Shown here piece after piece: positions 47,620 to 57,286 of a DNA stretch of 64,000 nt (positions are counted from its first letter, which is position 1; every line of letters starts with the position of its first letter). The DNA is from an uncultured Armatimonadia bacterium. Lineage in GTDB: Bacteria > Armatimonadota > Zipacnadia > CAVVLO01. A program made the position numbers and the translations under genes. The notes beneath the pieces were generated by a model, which did no database searches, was not told the origin of the DNA, and saw only the letters and a program-made list of their open reading frames with translations. The stretch is from the NCBI GenBank assembly GCA_963749155.1, contig CAVVLO010000002.1:800001-864000 (forward strand), read 5' to 3'.

Positions 47620-49709
47620 ATGAAGCAGCTCTTGTTTCTATGCCTTGGACTGAGCCTTTTTGCGAGCCTGGCGCTGGCGGCCCCGCGAGTTTCGCTGCGC
47701 TATTTCATGGGCGATATTAGCAAGCAAGACTTCCACTGGATTGGCGGCGAACTCGTCCAGCAACGCGTCGAGGGCGACACAACCTTTTGGACGGTGGCGC
47801 TGGAGGGCGAGGCCGACTTCTCCGTTGAAGCGCTTAGTGTCAGCGAAGGGCCTCTCACGCGGTGGAGCTTCACTTTTTCTAATGCCGAACCAGACACCAC
47901 GATATCCGAGATCGCCTGCGGCTTGCTTGAAGATGTAAAGCCAGGCGGTTCCTGGGAAGGCGCCCGGCTGCTTTGGCCAAGTCTCTATCAGGGCGCGCTG
48001 ATTACCGCGCTGGGTGACCAGACCGCCTTCGAAGAAGAATGTCGCATCGCCTGCAAGGGGGTGCCCTATCCGACAGGTCTTTATCAGGGCGACCTCTGCC
48101 TGCCCTTCTTCTGCCAGCTTGGCGGTGGCCACACTGTGGGGATGCGCATCGCCGATCCGACCCACGAGCTGGTGCGGCTTTCCGGACAGCGTAGCGAAGA
48201 AGGATTGGACTACTCCTTCTCCGTCTGCCCCAAGCTGCGGACCGGCCAGAGCTGGAGTTTCGGCGAAGTCGAAGTGTTCGACTATCCTTTTGAAGACTGG
48301 CACCTAGTCGCCGACAGGCACCGAGAGTGGCTGGAAAGAGAAGGCTTTCGCCCGGCCACGCCGCGCGACGGCGATGTGGCGACTTTCAGTTATGGCCGCT
48401 GGGATCCAGCCAAACCCGCGGAGGTTATCGCCTGGGCCGCGGCGCTTGGGGCCCAGGATGTCTGCCTGTGGCTTGATTTGTATGGTCGCGGCGACCAATA
48501 TTACCCATGCTATTTTCCCCGTCCAGACGACGGGATAAAGGGTATGACCGCCAAGCTGGATGAATTGCGCGCTGCCGGCCTGCATCCGTATTTCTACACC
48601 AACGGCTATCTGCTCTCTCCCCTGCAGACGCACGAGGACGCGCTGGAGTGGCGGGCTGAATTCCCGGATCAATATCCCGAGCATGTTGCTCAGGGCGATG
48701 TGGGGTACGCCCAGACAGTTGCAGAGTTCCGCAAGGGGTACGATTTCGCAGGGGACTGGCTTGCCGAACCTGAAGCTATCCTGCCCCTGCGGGTGCGGCG
48801 GGCGGACTTCTACTGGGGAGAACATCCGATGTACTTCTGGCATGGGCGGCCTTTCTGGGCGGCCTGTGTAGCCAGCCCCGAGTGGCGCAAGCTCTTCAAA
48901 GACACGGCCCGGTTGCATGGCGAGATGGGCGCTGGGGGGATATTTATCGATCAGGTGTCCGCTATCGCACCGGAGTTTTGTTCTGCCGCTGGTCACGGGC
49001 ATGACGAGGACACCTTCGGCTTCTGGAATCGTGCCTACCTCGACCTGCTAGCCGAGGTCAAGGCCACTGGTGAGGCCCTTCAGCCAGGCTTTTTTATAGA
49101 GGTCGAGGGGGCGACTGACCTCTATGCGAAATATGTAGACCGCTTCCTGACCCATTTCGGTGCGGCCGGACCACTCGAATATCCTCGGCTTTTCCGTTAC
49201 ACCGTGCCCTGGAGCCGCACGGATTGCGGGCAATATCCACTGGACGATGGGGCCGCGGTCAGGGCCAATATCGAGCAGACACTTCTGCTTGGATGCACTT
49301 TCCGGGTGTCAGGCGGCAAGACCAGTGGCGACTGGTCACCGGACGATCCGGTCTTCACTTCAGAAGGGATGCGCCTGATGAAAGCCGCCGTCGCCGCGCG
49401 CCGGTTGCTCGTTCCGTACATCGATGAGGGAAGCTTCCTGGATGACGTGGGGCTCAGCTCGGAGGGTTGCGAGGAAGCGACCTGGTTCTCCGGTAGCCAG
49501 GGATTGTTGTTGGTGGCGAAGGTAACCAGTGGAGAAGGCCGACTTCGTGGCCAGCGACCAACCGCGACCTGCTGCCAGGCGAGGCCCTTGATCTGGATTG
49601 GCAGACTGGCGAGTGGAATCCAGTCATTTGCGCCTTCACCGAAAGGGAGCTGGAGGTAAAAGGGCTTGCGCCAGGACTTCACCTGATAACAATACCGGCG
49701 AGAAGCTAA
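47620..49709 (+). CDS. Secreted putative glycoside hydrolase (DUF6259-like TIM barrel; frameshift near 49550)
   Basis: Signal peptide MKQLLFLCLGLSLFASLALA; D.YYP.Y.P, YTNG, C.....W, GIFIDQ, C....HGH, EG..D motifs. Confidence 0.65.
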
Positions 49710-52090
49710 CCTTCCAGCGCCTTATGCACTGCCAGGAGCAGTTGCCTGGGCCGATAAGGCTTGCTGACCAGCCCTTTGGCGCCGGAGTCTTTTATCTCCT
49801 TCGCCAGACCGTACCGGCCGTAGCCAGTTATCAAGAGCACTTTGACATCAGGTTTGATCTTCTTAAGGGCCGCGTAGGCGTCGCGGCCTGACAACTTGGG
49901 CAGGATAAGGTCAAGCAGCACGAGAGCTATCTCGTCAGGGCAAGCCTGATATAGTTGAAGGGCATCTTCGCCATCGCGCGCAGTCAGCACCTGATAACCG
50001 GCGTCTTCCAGTACATCGCGCGCAAGTGACAGGGAGACTTCGTCATCTTCCACCAGCAACACCAATTCACCAAGCCCTCTGGGCGCGCCTTCGGGCAGCG
50101 AATCTGGACTAGCCACGGCAGGTTGCTCTCCCTCGGGTAACCAAAGCTTGAATTCGGTATCCCTGGCTCCCGCTGGAAGGGCAGCGAGCAACCCACCGTG
50201 GCTCCTCAGCACCTGGTAGGCAGAGGAGAGAGCGAGTCCCGCTGACTCCAGCTTGCCCGAACTCAGGCGCCAGAAAGGCTCGAACAGCCGCTCCAGTTCT
50301 TCAGCCGGCAGTCGAAGCCCTTTTATCGTGAGACTAAGTGTTACATAGTTGCCCAGACTCAGCAGGTTGCTCTGGTTCTCCTTGATTTCGTCGAAGCCTG
50401 TGGTGAGTTCTATCACTCCATCTCGCCCAAGCGCATCGTGACCGAAAACAAGAAGAGAAAGCAGTGCCTCCTGCAGTTTGTCCGCGTCTGCCTCGACACA
50501 AGGCAACTCGGTCGAGAGGTCGGTGCGCACCTGGATAACCTTGTCGAAACTGGGCTGCGCAAGCTGCACCGCGCGCCAGACTACTTCTCCCAGGTCTACC
50601 TGGCTGGTCTCGGGTTTGCCCCTGCGGGAGAAAGCTTGCAGTTGCCGCGTCAGTTCCGCAGCCTGGGTGGCGGCTGTTTCCATATTGTCGAGATACTTGT
50701 GGAAAGGATGCCCCTCTTCAAGTTGCTCTTTCATCATCGCCGCATAACCCAGCACGGCGCCGAACCGATTATTGAAGTCATGCGCCAGCCCGGAGGTGAG
50801 CCGACCAATGGATTCCATTTTCTGCCGCAGCAAGAGCTGCTGCTCTACCTGTTTGCGTTCGGTAATATCGCGCAAGATGCCGTAATAGGCCCCGAGCTCG
50901 CCCCGCGCGTTGTAGACTCCCCTGGCAGAGAGCAGCCCGGTAATCACTGAGCCCTTTTTACGTTTCAAGTCCAGTTCGAAGTTGCGCACATCGCCAGTCT
51001 CGGTGAGCTCCGCCCAAAATTCTTCCCCTGCCTCGAGGTTAACAGGCAGGTCGTGGATAATTGAAAGCTGATGAAGTTCGCTGACTTCATAACCAAGCAG
51101 TTCGATACCCGCAGGATTGAGATCGAGCAACGATCCATCGGGCAGGCAAGTGAAGATAAGGTCCATCGAGGCCTCGAACAAGGCCCGGTATTTCTCTTCG
51201 GACGCCTGTAAAAGCGCCACCGCGCGCCTGCGCTGGGTGATGTCTCTGGCAATTGCGAGTACATGGCTACGCCCGTGGAAGGCGAAAAGCTGGGCTGAGA
51301 CCTCGACAGGCACTTCGCGATTGCCTTTCGCCAAAAACAGAGTCTCGAAAGCCGACCGCCCATGCGTCTGGATGGTGACACATTCATCATCAAGTTGACG
51401 CCTGGCTGCATCGGGGGCCAAATCAAGCAAGGTGCGGGCAAGCAACTCGCTTTTGGAAAGCCCGGTCAGTCTGGTCGCGCTTTCGTTAGCTTCGACAATC
51501 AGGCCTGGATGGCCACGCCCGTCCAGTTCGAAAAGCAGTATGGCATCGCTTGCGGTCTCGAAGAGAGTGCGAAACTTGTTCTCATTTTCGCGTAGCGCCT
51601 CTTCGGTGCGTTTCAGCGGGCTGATGTCGGTCAACACTTGCACCAGGCCAGCCGACTTGCCGTCAGGCCCCTCGAAGGTCGCTTCCTCCACGAGCATCGT
51701 GTGAAAGGTGCCATCAGGCAGCAACAGGCCCATCTCGCGGCAGTCCAGGCCGCCCTTCGAAAGCAGTTTGGATTCGCGTTCATGCTCGGTGGTAGCAAGA
51801 TCAGGGGAGAGGAGATCGAAGCCTGTCTTGCCGGCCAGCCGTTCTTTGAGTTCGCCAAAAAGAGCCGCAAAAGCAGCATTACAGTCCAGGTAAAGGCCGT
51901 CCTTATCTTTGAAGCAGATGGGATTGGGGATAGCGTCAAGGAGTTGCTTGAGAGAAGCAAGCTGATTACGTTCTGCCTCTTCAGCCTTGGTAAGCTTGTT
52001 CGAGCCGACACTGCGCATCATAAGCGCGAGCGCGCCAAATAATCCACCAAGTAGCCAGGTTTCTGCATTTAAACCAAAGTCGAACAGCAT
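49706..52090 (-). CDS. Hybrid sensor protein: TM + 3 PAS + HisKA + degenerate HATPase + receiver
   Basis: Three PAS/PAC repeats, QKMESIG...AHDFNN H-box, LFEPF, receiver LVEDD...LLDLILP...KP; GGAGG RBS before ATG 52090. Confidence 0.9.
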   Translation of the reverse strand: MLFDFGLNAETWLLGGLFGALALMMRSVGSNKLTKAEEAERNQLASLKQLLDAIPNPICFKDKDGLYLDCNAAFAALFGELKERLAGKTGFDLLSPDLATTEHERESKLLSKGGLDCREMGLLLPDGTFHTMLVEEATFEGPDGKSAGLVQVLTDISPLKRTEEALRENENKFRTLFETASDAILLFELDGRGHPGLIVEANESATRLTGLSKSELLARTLLDLAPDAARRQLDDECVTIQTHGRSAFETLFLAKGNREVPVEVSAQLFAFHGRSHVLAIARDITQRRRAVALLQASEEKYRALFEASMDLIFTCLPDGSLLDLNPAGIELLGYEVSELHQLSIIHDLPVNLEAGEEFWAELTETGDVRNFELDLKRKKGSVITGLLSARGVYNARGELGAYYGILRDITERKQVEQQLLLRQKMESIGRLTSGLAHDFNNRFGAVLGYAAMMKEQLEEGHPFHKYLDNMETAATQAAELTRQLQAFSRRGKPETSQVDLGEVVWRAVQLAQPSFDKVIQVRTDLSTELPCVEADADKLQEALLSLLVFGHDALGRDGVIELTTGFDEIKENQSNLLSLGNYVTLSLTIKGLRLPAEELERLFEPFWRLSSGKLESAGLALSSAYQVLRSHGGLLAALPAGARDTEFKLWLPEGEQPAVASPDSLPEGAPRGLGELVLLVEDDEVSLSLARDVLEDAGYQVLTARDGEDALQLYQACPDEIALVLLDLILPKLSGRDAYAALKKIKPDVKVLLITGYGRYGLAKEIKDSGAKGLVSKPYRPRQLLLAVHKALEG

Positions 52091-52356
52091 ATTGAAGCCT
52101 CCTGCTACCAGTTTAACAGGTGAAATCTCTACCGCTGCACACACTTATGGTGGGCTGTTACCTGCATGCCACATAAAGAGAACTTGCTGATATCCCTTGT
52201 TACCAAAAGGGCCTTGCGAAGAGCGACTGAAGTATACAAAGCCGTGATATTGCCGAAACTTCACCTGGCTCAAAGAGTGTTTCCCAAGCCTCGAAATCTT
52301 GGCAGGAAGGCGTCCCTTGACCGCCAATTGCCCTCCAGTTAAAAGGAGGCCATATT

Positions 52357-53628
52357 ATGGGTTGTGCCAACCGACGCGGACCAGAGGCGTCACTCGATGA
52401 GTTTCGATTTGCAACTGAAGAAGAGCTGGCCTGGTGGCGCGAGGCCAGGTTTGGCATGTTCATTCATTGGGGCCCGGCCGCCATCGGCGGCGGCGATATA
52501 AGCTGGTGTCGCAAGGGGCCAGAGCGCCTCGGAGACCATCAGCAGGTGGCTGATCCGCAGATCCCTGCCGAGGTGTATGACAACTTCTACAAGGAGTTCA
52601 ACCCGACTTTGTATGATGCCCGCCAGTGGGTGCGTATTGCCCAGTCAGCGGGGATGAAATATATCGTCCTCACCACCAAGCATCACGATGGCTTCTGCCT
52701 GTGGGACACGCGGCTGACCCAGCACAAGGTCACCGCGCCCGACTGTCCTTGTCAGCGCGACCTGGTGGCGGAGCTGGCTGACGCCTGCCATGAGGCGGGC
52801 TTGAAGCTTGGTTTCTATTATTCCCAGCGCGACTGGTATCACGAGGATTATCTGACCGAGCACCACGACCGGTATCTGGCCTACTATCACGGTCAGTTGG
52901 CGGAGTTGCTCACCCGCTTCGGCAAGCTGGATATGCTCTGGTTCGACCATATCGGCGGCACGCATGACCAGTGGGATCCCGACCTCGTGCTTCGGATGGC
53001 GCGCAGCCTGCAGCCTGGAATCCTTATCAACAACCGGCTGCATATCTCGGTCAAGCTGGGTGGTATGCCTGGCTATGAGGCCGACTTCGACACGCCCGAG
53101 CAGCAACTGGGCGCCTACAACATCAAACGCCCCTGGGAATCTTGCCTTTGCCTGGTAGGAGGCGTCTGGTCCTACAAACCGGGCGGGGAGATGATGAGCC
53201 TCGAGCAGTGCCTCCACGCGCTGGTCAACTGTGCCGGCGGAGACGGCAATCTGCTGCTTAACAATGGCCCGATGCCCGATGGGCGCATAGAACCGCGCCA
53301 GGCAGAGCGCCTGGCCGAAGTCGGCGGATGGCTTGCAAAGTATGGCGAAACTGTCTATGGCACGCGAGGTGGGCCCTTCCTGCCGGGCGAGTGGGGCGCA
53401 AGCACGCGCAAAGGCAACTCGGTCTATGTCCACGTACTTGGCTGGGATGGTCCCAGCCTGCGCCTGCCAGCACTGGAGCAGCAGGTGCTCGCAGCGGCTT
53501 GCCTTACGGGAGGTGCGGTGAGTTGGAGCCAGGATGCCGAGGGGATTACCCTCGCCGTTGCCCCTGAGCACCGCGACACCTTCGATACGATTATCAAATT
53601 GACGCTGGACCGGCCGGTGCCGCTCTAG
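52357..53628 (+). CDS. Alpha-L-fucosidase (GH29)
   Basis: WWREARFGMFIHWG, TTKHHDGFCLW, LWFD nucleophile, GNLLLN.GP, YGTRGGP. Confidence 0.95.
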   Translation: MGCANRRGPEASLDEFRFATEEELAWWREARFGMFIHWGPAAIGGGDISWCRKGPERLGDHQQVADPQIPAEVYDNFYKEFNPTLYDARQWVRIAQSAGMKYIVLTTKHHDGFCLWDTRLTQHKVTAPDCPCQRDLVAELADACHEAGLKLGFYYSQRDWYHEDYLTEHHDRYLAYYHGQLAELLTRFGKLDMLWFDHIGGTHDQWDPDLVLRMARSLQPGILINNRLHISVKLGGMPGYEADFDTPEQQLGAYNIKRPWESCLCLVGGVWSYKPGGEMMSLEQCLHALVNCAGGDGNLLLNNGPMPDGRIEPRQAERLAEVGGWLAKYGETVYGTRGGPFLPGEWGASTRKGNSVYVHVLGWDGPSLRLPALEQQVLAAACLTGGAVSWSQDAEGITLAVAPEHRDTFDTIIKLTLDRPVPL

Positions 53629-53644
53629 CGAGGAGGTCTCAGCC

Positions 53645-55639
53645 ATGAGAAACAATCCAACTGAGTGGGACAGTAACAACCCGGAGCGCAACTGGCACAC
53701 GAAGGTCTTCTTTGGCCTGCATTACGATTTGCACGCGGGCGCGCAGGATACCGTGCTAGGAGCTGAACTCACCGCTGAGCACCTGCGGGAAGAACTGCTG
53801 AAGGTGAGACCCGACTGGGTGCAGTGTGATTGTAAAGGCCATCCTGGCTACACAAGCTGGCCTACCGAGACGGGCAGCGCCTCTCCAGGCATCGTGAAGG
53901 ACGCCCTGCGCATCCATCGCGATGTGACAAGAGAACTAGGGATGCCGCTCGTGATGCACTATTCGGGCGTGTGGGACAATCGCGCGGTCGAGTTGCATCC
54001 GGACTGGGCGCGCATCGGGCCAAACGGGGAGACGGGCGCAGGGCACGTGATGGGTACCTGCAACCTGGGGCCGTATACCGACGAGTTGATGATCCCCCAG
54101 ATGATAGAACTAATCGAGAAATACGATGTGGACGGCTTCTGGGTGGACGGCGAGAATTGGGGCACCTCCCCCTGTTACTGCGAGCGTTGCCGGGCCGCTT
54201 TTGAAACCGAGACAGGCATCGCGGAACCGCCTACAGCCGCTACAGAGCCTAACTGGGCCCTCTGGGCGGCCTTCCACCGGCGGCTGTTCGAGGAGCATGT
54301 CCGCAAATATGCTGAGGCAATCCATCAGGTTAAGCCAACCTGCCAGGTATGCAGCAACTGGATGTACACAGTGGCTGAGCCCGACCAGATCAAGGTGCCT
54401 ATTGACTACCAGAGCGGCGATTTCACTCCCGCCTGGGGACCAAGCTGGGCCGAGATTGAAAGCCGCTTTATGGACAGCCGCGGGCTCTCCTGGGATTTGA
54501 TGGCCTGGGGGTTTGGCAACCCTGGGCAGGGCAGCCACACCTTCAAGCCCGCCGCGCACCTGTGCCAGGAAGCCGCCTGTGTCATCGCACTGGGCGGGGC
54601 TATCTCCATCTACGATACACCCCAGCGCACGGGCCATCTGACAGGCTGGCATCAGGATACGCTGGCCGAGGTGGCGCGTTTCTGTCGTGCCCGGCAGCCC
54701 TGGTGTCAGGGGACCCAAGCCGTTCACGAGGCGGCGGTGCTTCACTGTTCGGCGCATTATTATCACGAGAGCGGCGAAACCTTGATGGCGGCCTGGTCGG
54801 GCGCTCACCACGCCGCCCTTGGCGCGATGCAGGCGCTGCTTGATAACCAGGTGCAGACGGAAGTCCTGAACGAGTGGGCGCTGGAGGAGCGGCTCTCCGA
54901 CTTCAAGCTGGTCGTCCTTGGAGAGCAGACACGCGTGCCGGCTTCCTTGAAGGAGAAGCTTCTCGACTGGGTGAAGGGCGGCGGCAAGCTGTTGCTCTCA
55001 GGCCCAAGCGTTGCCGACGACTTCATCGAGTTGGCAGGGGTGCAGCCGGCTGGCGAGATCACGGACGGCGGGCACTTCCTCAACCAGGGCAAGGAGGCGA
55101 CGCCCGTCTGGGGCAAGTGGCGTCCAGTACAGCTTGCTGGCGCTGAGCAAGTGGCGCCTTTCCTCTCGGAGCGACAGCCTGGCTACAACGTAACAGAACA
55201 CCCTGCCGTGACGCTCAATCGCCTGGGCGAGGGCCTGGTGCTGGCGCTGCACTCTGATTTCTTCAAGCCTTACAGTCAGACTCACTATCCACGCAGCCGC
55301 AAATTGGTGGCCGACTGGCTGGCCGTGCTGGCGCCGGAGTTCCAGCTTGCTCTGGACGCACCTTTCTGGATTCATCCTTCCCTCCGCAGTCAGGAAGGCC
55401 GACTGCTGGTGCACCTCGTGAATCTGGGTTCTGCCAATCCGATGAGCCCCACCCAGTTTATCGTGGAGGAAGTGCCGCCGGCAGGGCCTATTACCGTCAG
55501 GCTGGAGCTCGAATCCGAGCCGGCGCGCGTATACCTGGCACCTTCCTTCGAGCCAGTTTCCTGGTGTTATGATGAGGGCTTGCTTATCGTCGAGGTGCCC
55601 TGGATTGGTATTCTGGACACCGTGGTAGTCGAAGCGTAA
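53645..55639 (+). CDS. Putative glycoside hydrolase (GHL6/fucosidase-like barrel plus beta-galactosidase trimerisation-like domain)
   Basis: LHYDLH, KGHPG...WPT, DGFWVD, CYCERC; GATase-like middle domain WVKGGGKLL. Confidence 0.7.
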   Translation: MRNNPTEWDSNNPERNWHTKVFFGLHYDLHAGAQDTVLGAELTAEHLREELLKVRPDWVQCDCKGHPGYTSWPTETGSASPGIVKDALRIHRDVTRELGMPLVMHYSGVWDNRAVELHPDWARIGPNGETGAGHVMGTCNLGPYTDELMIPQMIELIEKYDVDGFWVDGENWGTSPCYCERCRAAFETETGIAEPPTAATEPNWALWAAFHRRLFEEHVRKYAEAIHQVKPTCQVCSNWMYTVAEPDQIKVPIDYQSGDFTPAWGPSWAEIESRFMDSRGLSWDLMAWGFGNPGQGSHTFKPAAHLCQEAACVIALGGAISIYDTPQRTGHLTGWHQDTLAEVARFCRARQPWCQGTQAVHEAAVLHCSAHYYHESGETLMAAWSGAHHAALGAMQALLDNQVQTEVLNEWALEERLSDFKLVVLGEQTRVPASLKEKLLDWVKGGGKLLLSGPSVADDFIELAGVQPAGEITDGGHFLNQGKEATPVWGKWRPVQLAGAEQVAPFLSERQPGYNVTEHPAVTLNRLGEGLVLALHSDFFKPYSQTHYPRSRKLVADWLAVLAPEFQLALDAPFWIHPSLRSQEGRLLVHLVNLGSANPMSPTQFIVEEVPPAGPITVRLELESEPARVYLAPSFEPVSWCYDEGLLIVEVPWIGILDTVVVEA

Positions 55640-55687
55640 ACTCGCCTGGGGCCGCGAAAAGTGCCCTACAAGAGGAGGAGTCTCTGT

Positions 55688-57211
55688 ATGAGCAGGAAGA
55701 TCGCCATCATTGGCGCGGGCAGTATTGGTTTCACCCGGATGTGCGTGAAGGATGTCCTCTGCGTACCGGAATTGGCAGACACCGAATTCGCCCTGATGGA
55801 CATCAGCGAACAGAATCTCGATATGGTTTACCAACTTGTGAAACGCGATCTGGACGCCTCGGGGCTTCCCGCAAAAGTCAGCAAGACGATGAGCCAGCGC
55901 GAAGCCATCACCGGGGCCAACTACGTGTACTCCTTCGTGCGCGTGGGCGGGCTGGAGGCTTTCCAGACCGATATTGACATCCCCCTGCGTTATGGGGTCG
56001 ACCAGTGCGTTGGCGATACCCTCTGCGCGGGCGGGATTATGTACGCGCAGCGCACCATCCCCGTGCTGCTGGGCATCTGCCAGGATATGCGCGAGGTCGG
56101 CAAGCCGGGTTGCATGCTAATCAACCACTCCAACCCAATGGCGATGAACACCTGGGCCTGCACCAAGTATGGCGGCGTGCCAATGGTGGGCCTTTGCCAC
56201 GGGGTCGAAGGGGGCCACTGGCAGATCGCCGAGGCGCTCGGGCTGCCGAAGGACGAGGTAGACATCATCTGCGCCGGCATCAACCACCAGACCTGGTACA
56301 TCAGCGTCAAGCATAAGGGCAAGGATATGACGGGCAAGATTCTTGAAGCTTTCGAGAAGCACCCCGTCTTCAGCAAGACCGAGAAAGTGCGTATCGATAT
56401 GATGAAGCGTTTCGGCTTCTACAGCACCGAGTCCAACGGGCATCTCTCGGAGTATCTGCCCTGGTACCGCAAACGGCCGAAGGAGATAAAGAAGTGGATC
56501 GACCTCGGCTCGTGGATCTGCGGCGAGACGGGCGGCTATCTGCGCGTCTGCACCGAGGGGCGCAACTGGTTCGAGACCGACTTCCCCAACTGGATGGCAG
56601 CCCCGCCGCAGACTTTCCGGCCCGAAGATCGCGGTCACGAGCATGGCTCGTTTATCATCGAAGGCCTGGAGACTGGGCGTCTCTATCGCGGTCACTTCAA
56701 TGTGCAGAACCGGGGCATCATCTCCAACCTGCCCGAGGACTGCATTGTCGAGGTGCCAGGCTATGTGGACTACAACGGGATGAACCTCCCCCTCGTCGGC
56801 GACCTGCCGCTGGGCTGCGCAGCGGTGCTAAACACCAGTATCAGTGTCCAGCGCCTTGGAGTCGAAGCCGCGGTCAGCGGCGATGACACACTGCTGCGTC
56901 AGGCGATGCTGATGGACCCCCTCGTGGGCGCCGTCTGCAATCCGCCAGAAGTGTGGCAGATGGTGGACGAGTTGCTGGTCGGGCAGGCCAAGTGGCTTCC
57001 CCAGTACAAGAGTGCCATCACCGCTGCGAAGAAGCGTCTGAAGCAGGGCCTTGCCATCCCGGTTAAGGAAGGTTATCAGGGCGCGGCGCGCCTCCACACC
57101 AAGACAGTAGACGAGATGAAGGCTAATGCCGCAAAGGCTCGCGAGCAGGCTGCCGCGGCCGACAAAGGCAAAGAGCGCGAAGAGGCTGTCAAGAAAGCGA
57201 AGAAAAAGTAG
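55688..57211 (+). CDS. NAD+-dependent glycoside hydrolase family 4 (alpha-galactosidase MelA-like)
   Basis: KIAIIGAGS, DQCVGDT, NHSNPM, GLCHG, AGINHQ, TESNGHLSEY, NLPEDCIVEVP. Confidence 0.95.
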   Translation: MSRKIAIIGAGSIGFTRMCVKDVLCVPELADTEFALMDISEQNLDMVYQLVKRDLDASGLPAKVSKTMSQREAITGANYVYSFVRVGGLEAFQTDIDIPLRYGVDQCVGDTLCAGGIMYAQRTIPVLLGICQDMREVGKPGCMLINHSNPMAMNTWACTKYGGVPMVGLCHGVEGGHWQIAEALGLPKDEVDIICAGINHQTWYISVKHKGKDMTGKILEAFEKHPVFSKTEKVRIDMMKRFGFYSTESNGHLSEYLPWYRKRPKEIKKWIDLGSWICGETGGYLRVCTEGRNWFETDFPNWMAAPPQTFRPEDRGHEHGSFIIEGLETGRLYRGHFNVQNRGIISNLPEDCIVEVPGYVDYNGMNLPLVGDLPLGCAAVLNTSISVQRLGVEAAVSGDDTLLRQAMLMDPLVGAVCNPPEVWQMVDELLVGQAKWLPQYKSAITAAKKRLKQGLAIPVKEGYQGAARLHTKTVDEMKANAAKAREQAAAADKGKEREEAVKKAKKK

Positions 57212-57233
57212 CGCGACTTTTCATCGCAAAACC

Positions 57234-57270
57234 AAAGCGAGCAGGCCAGTTGGTCTGCTCGCTTTTTTTT
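57234..57270 (+). terminator. Intrinsic terminator (probably bidirectional)
   Basis: AAAGCGAGCAGGCCA-GT-TGGTCTGCTCGC followed by T8, between convergent genes. Confidence 0.9.
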
Positions 57271-57286
57271 GTGTGCCAAAGGCAGA

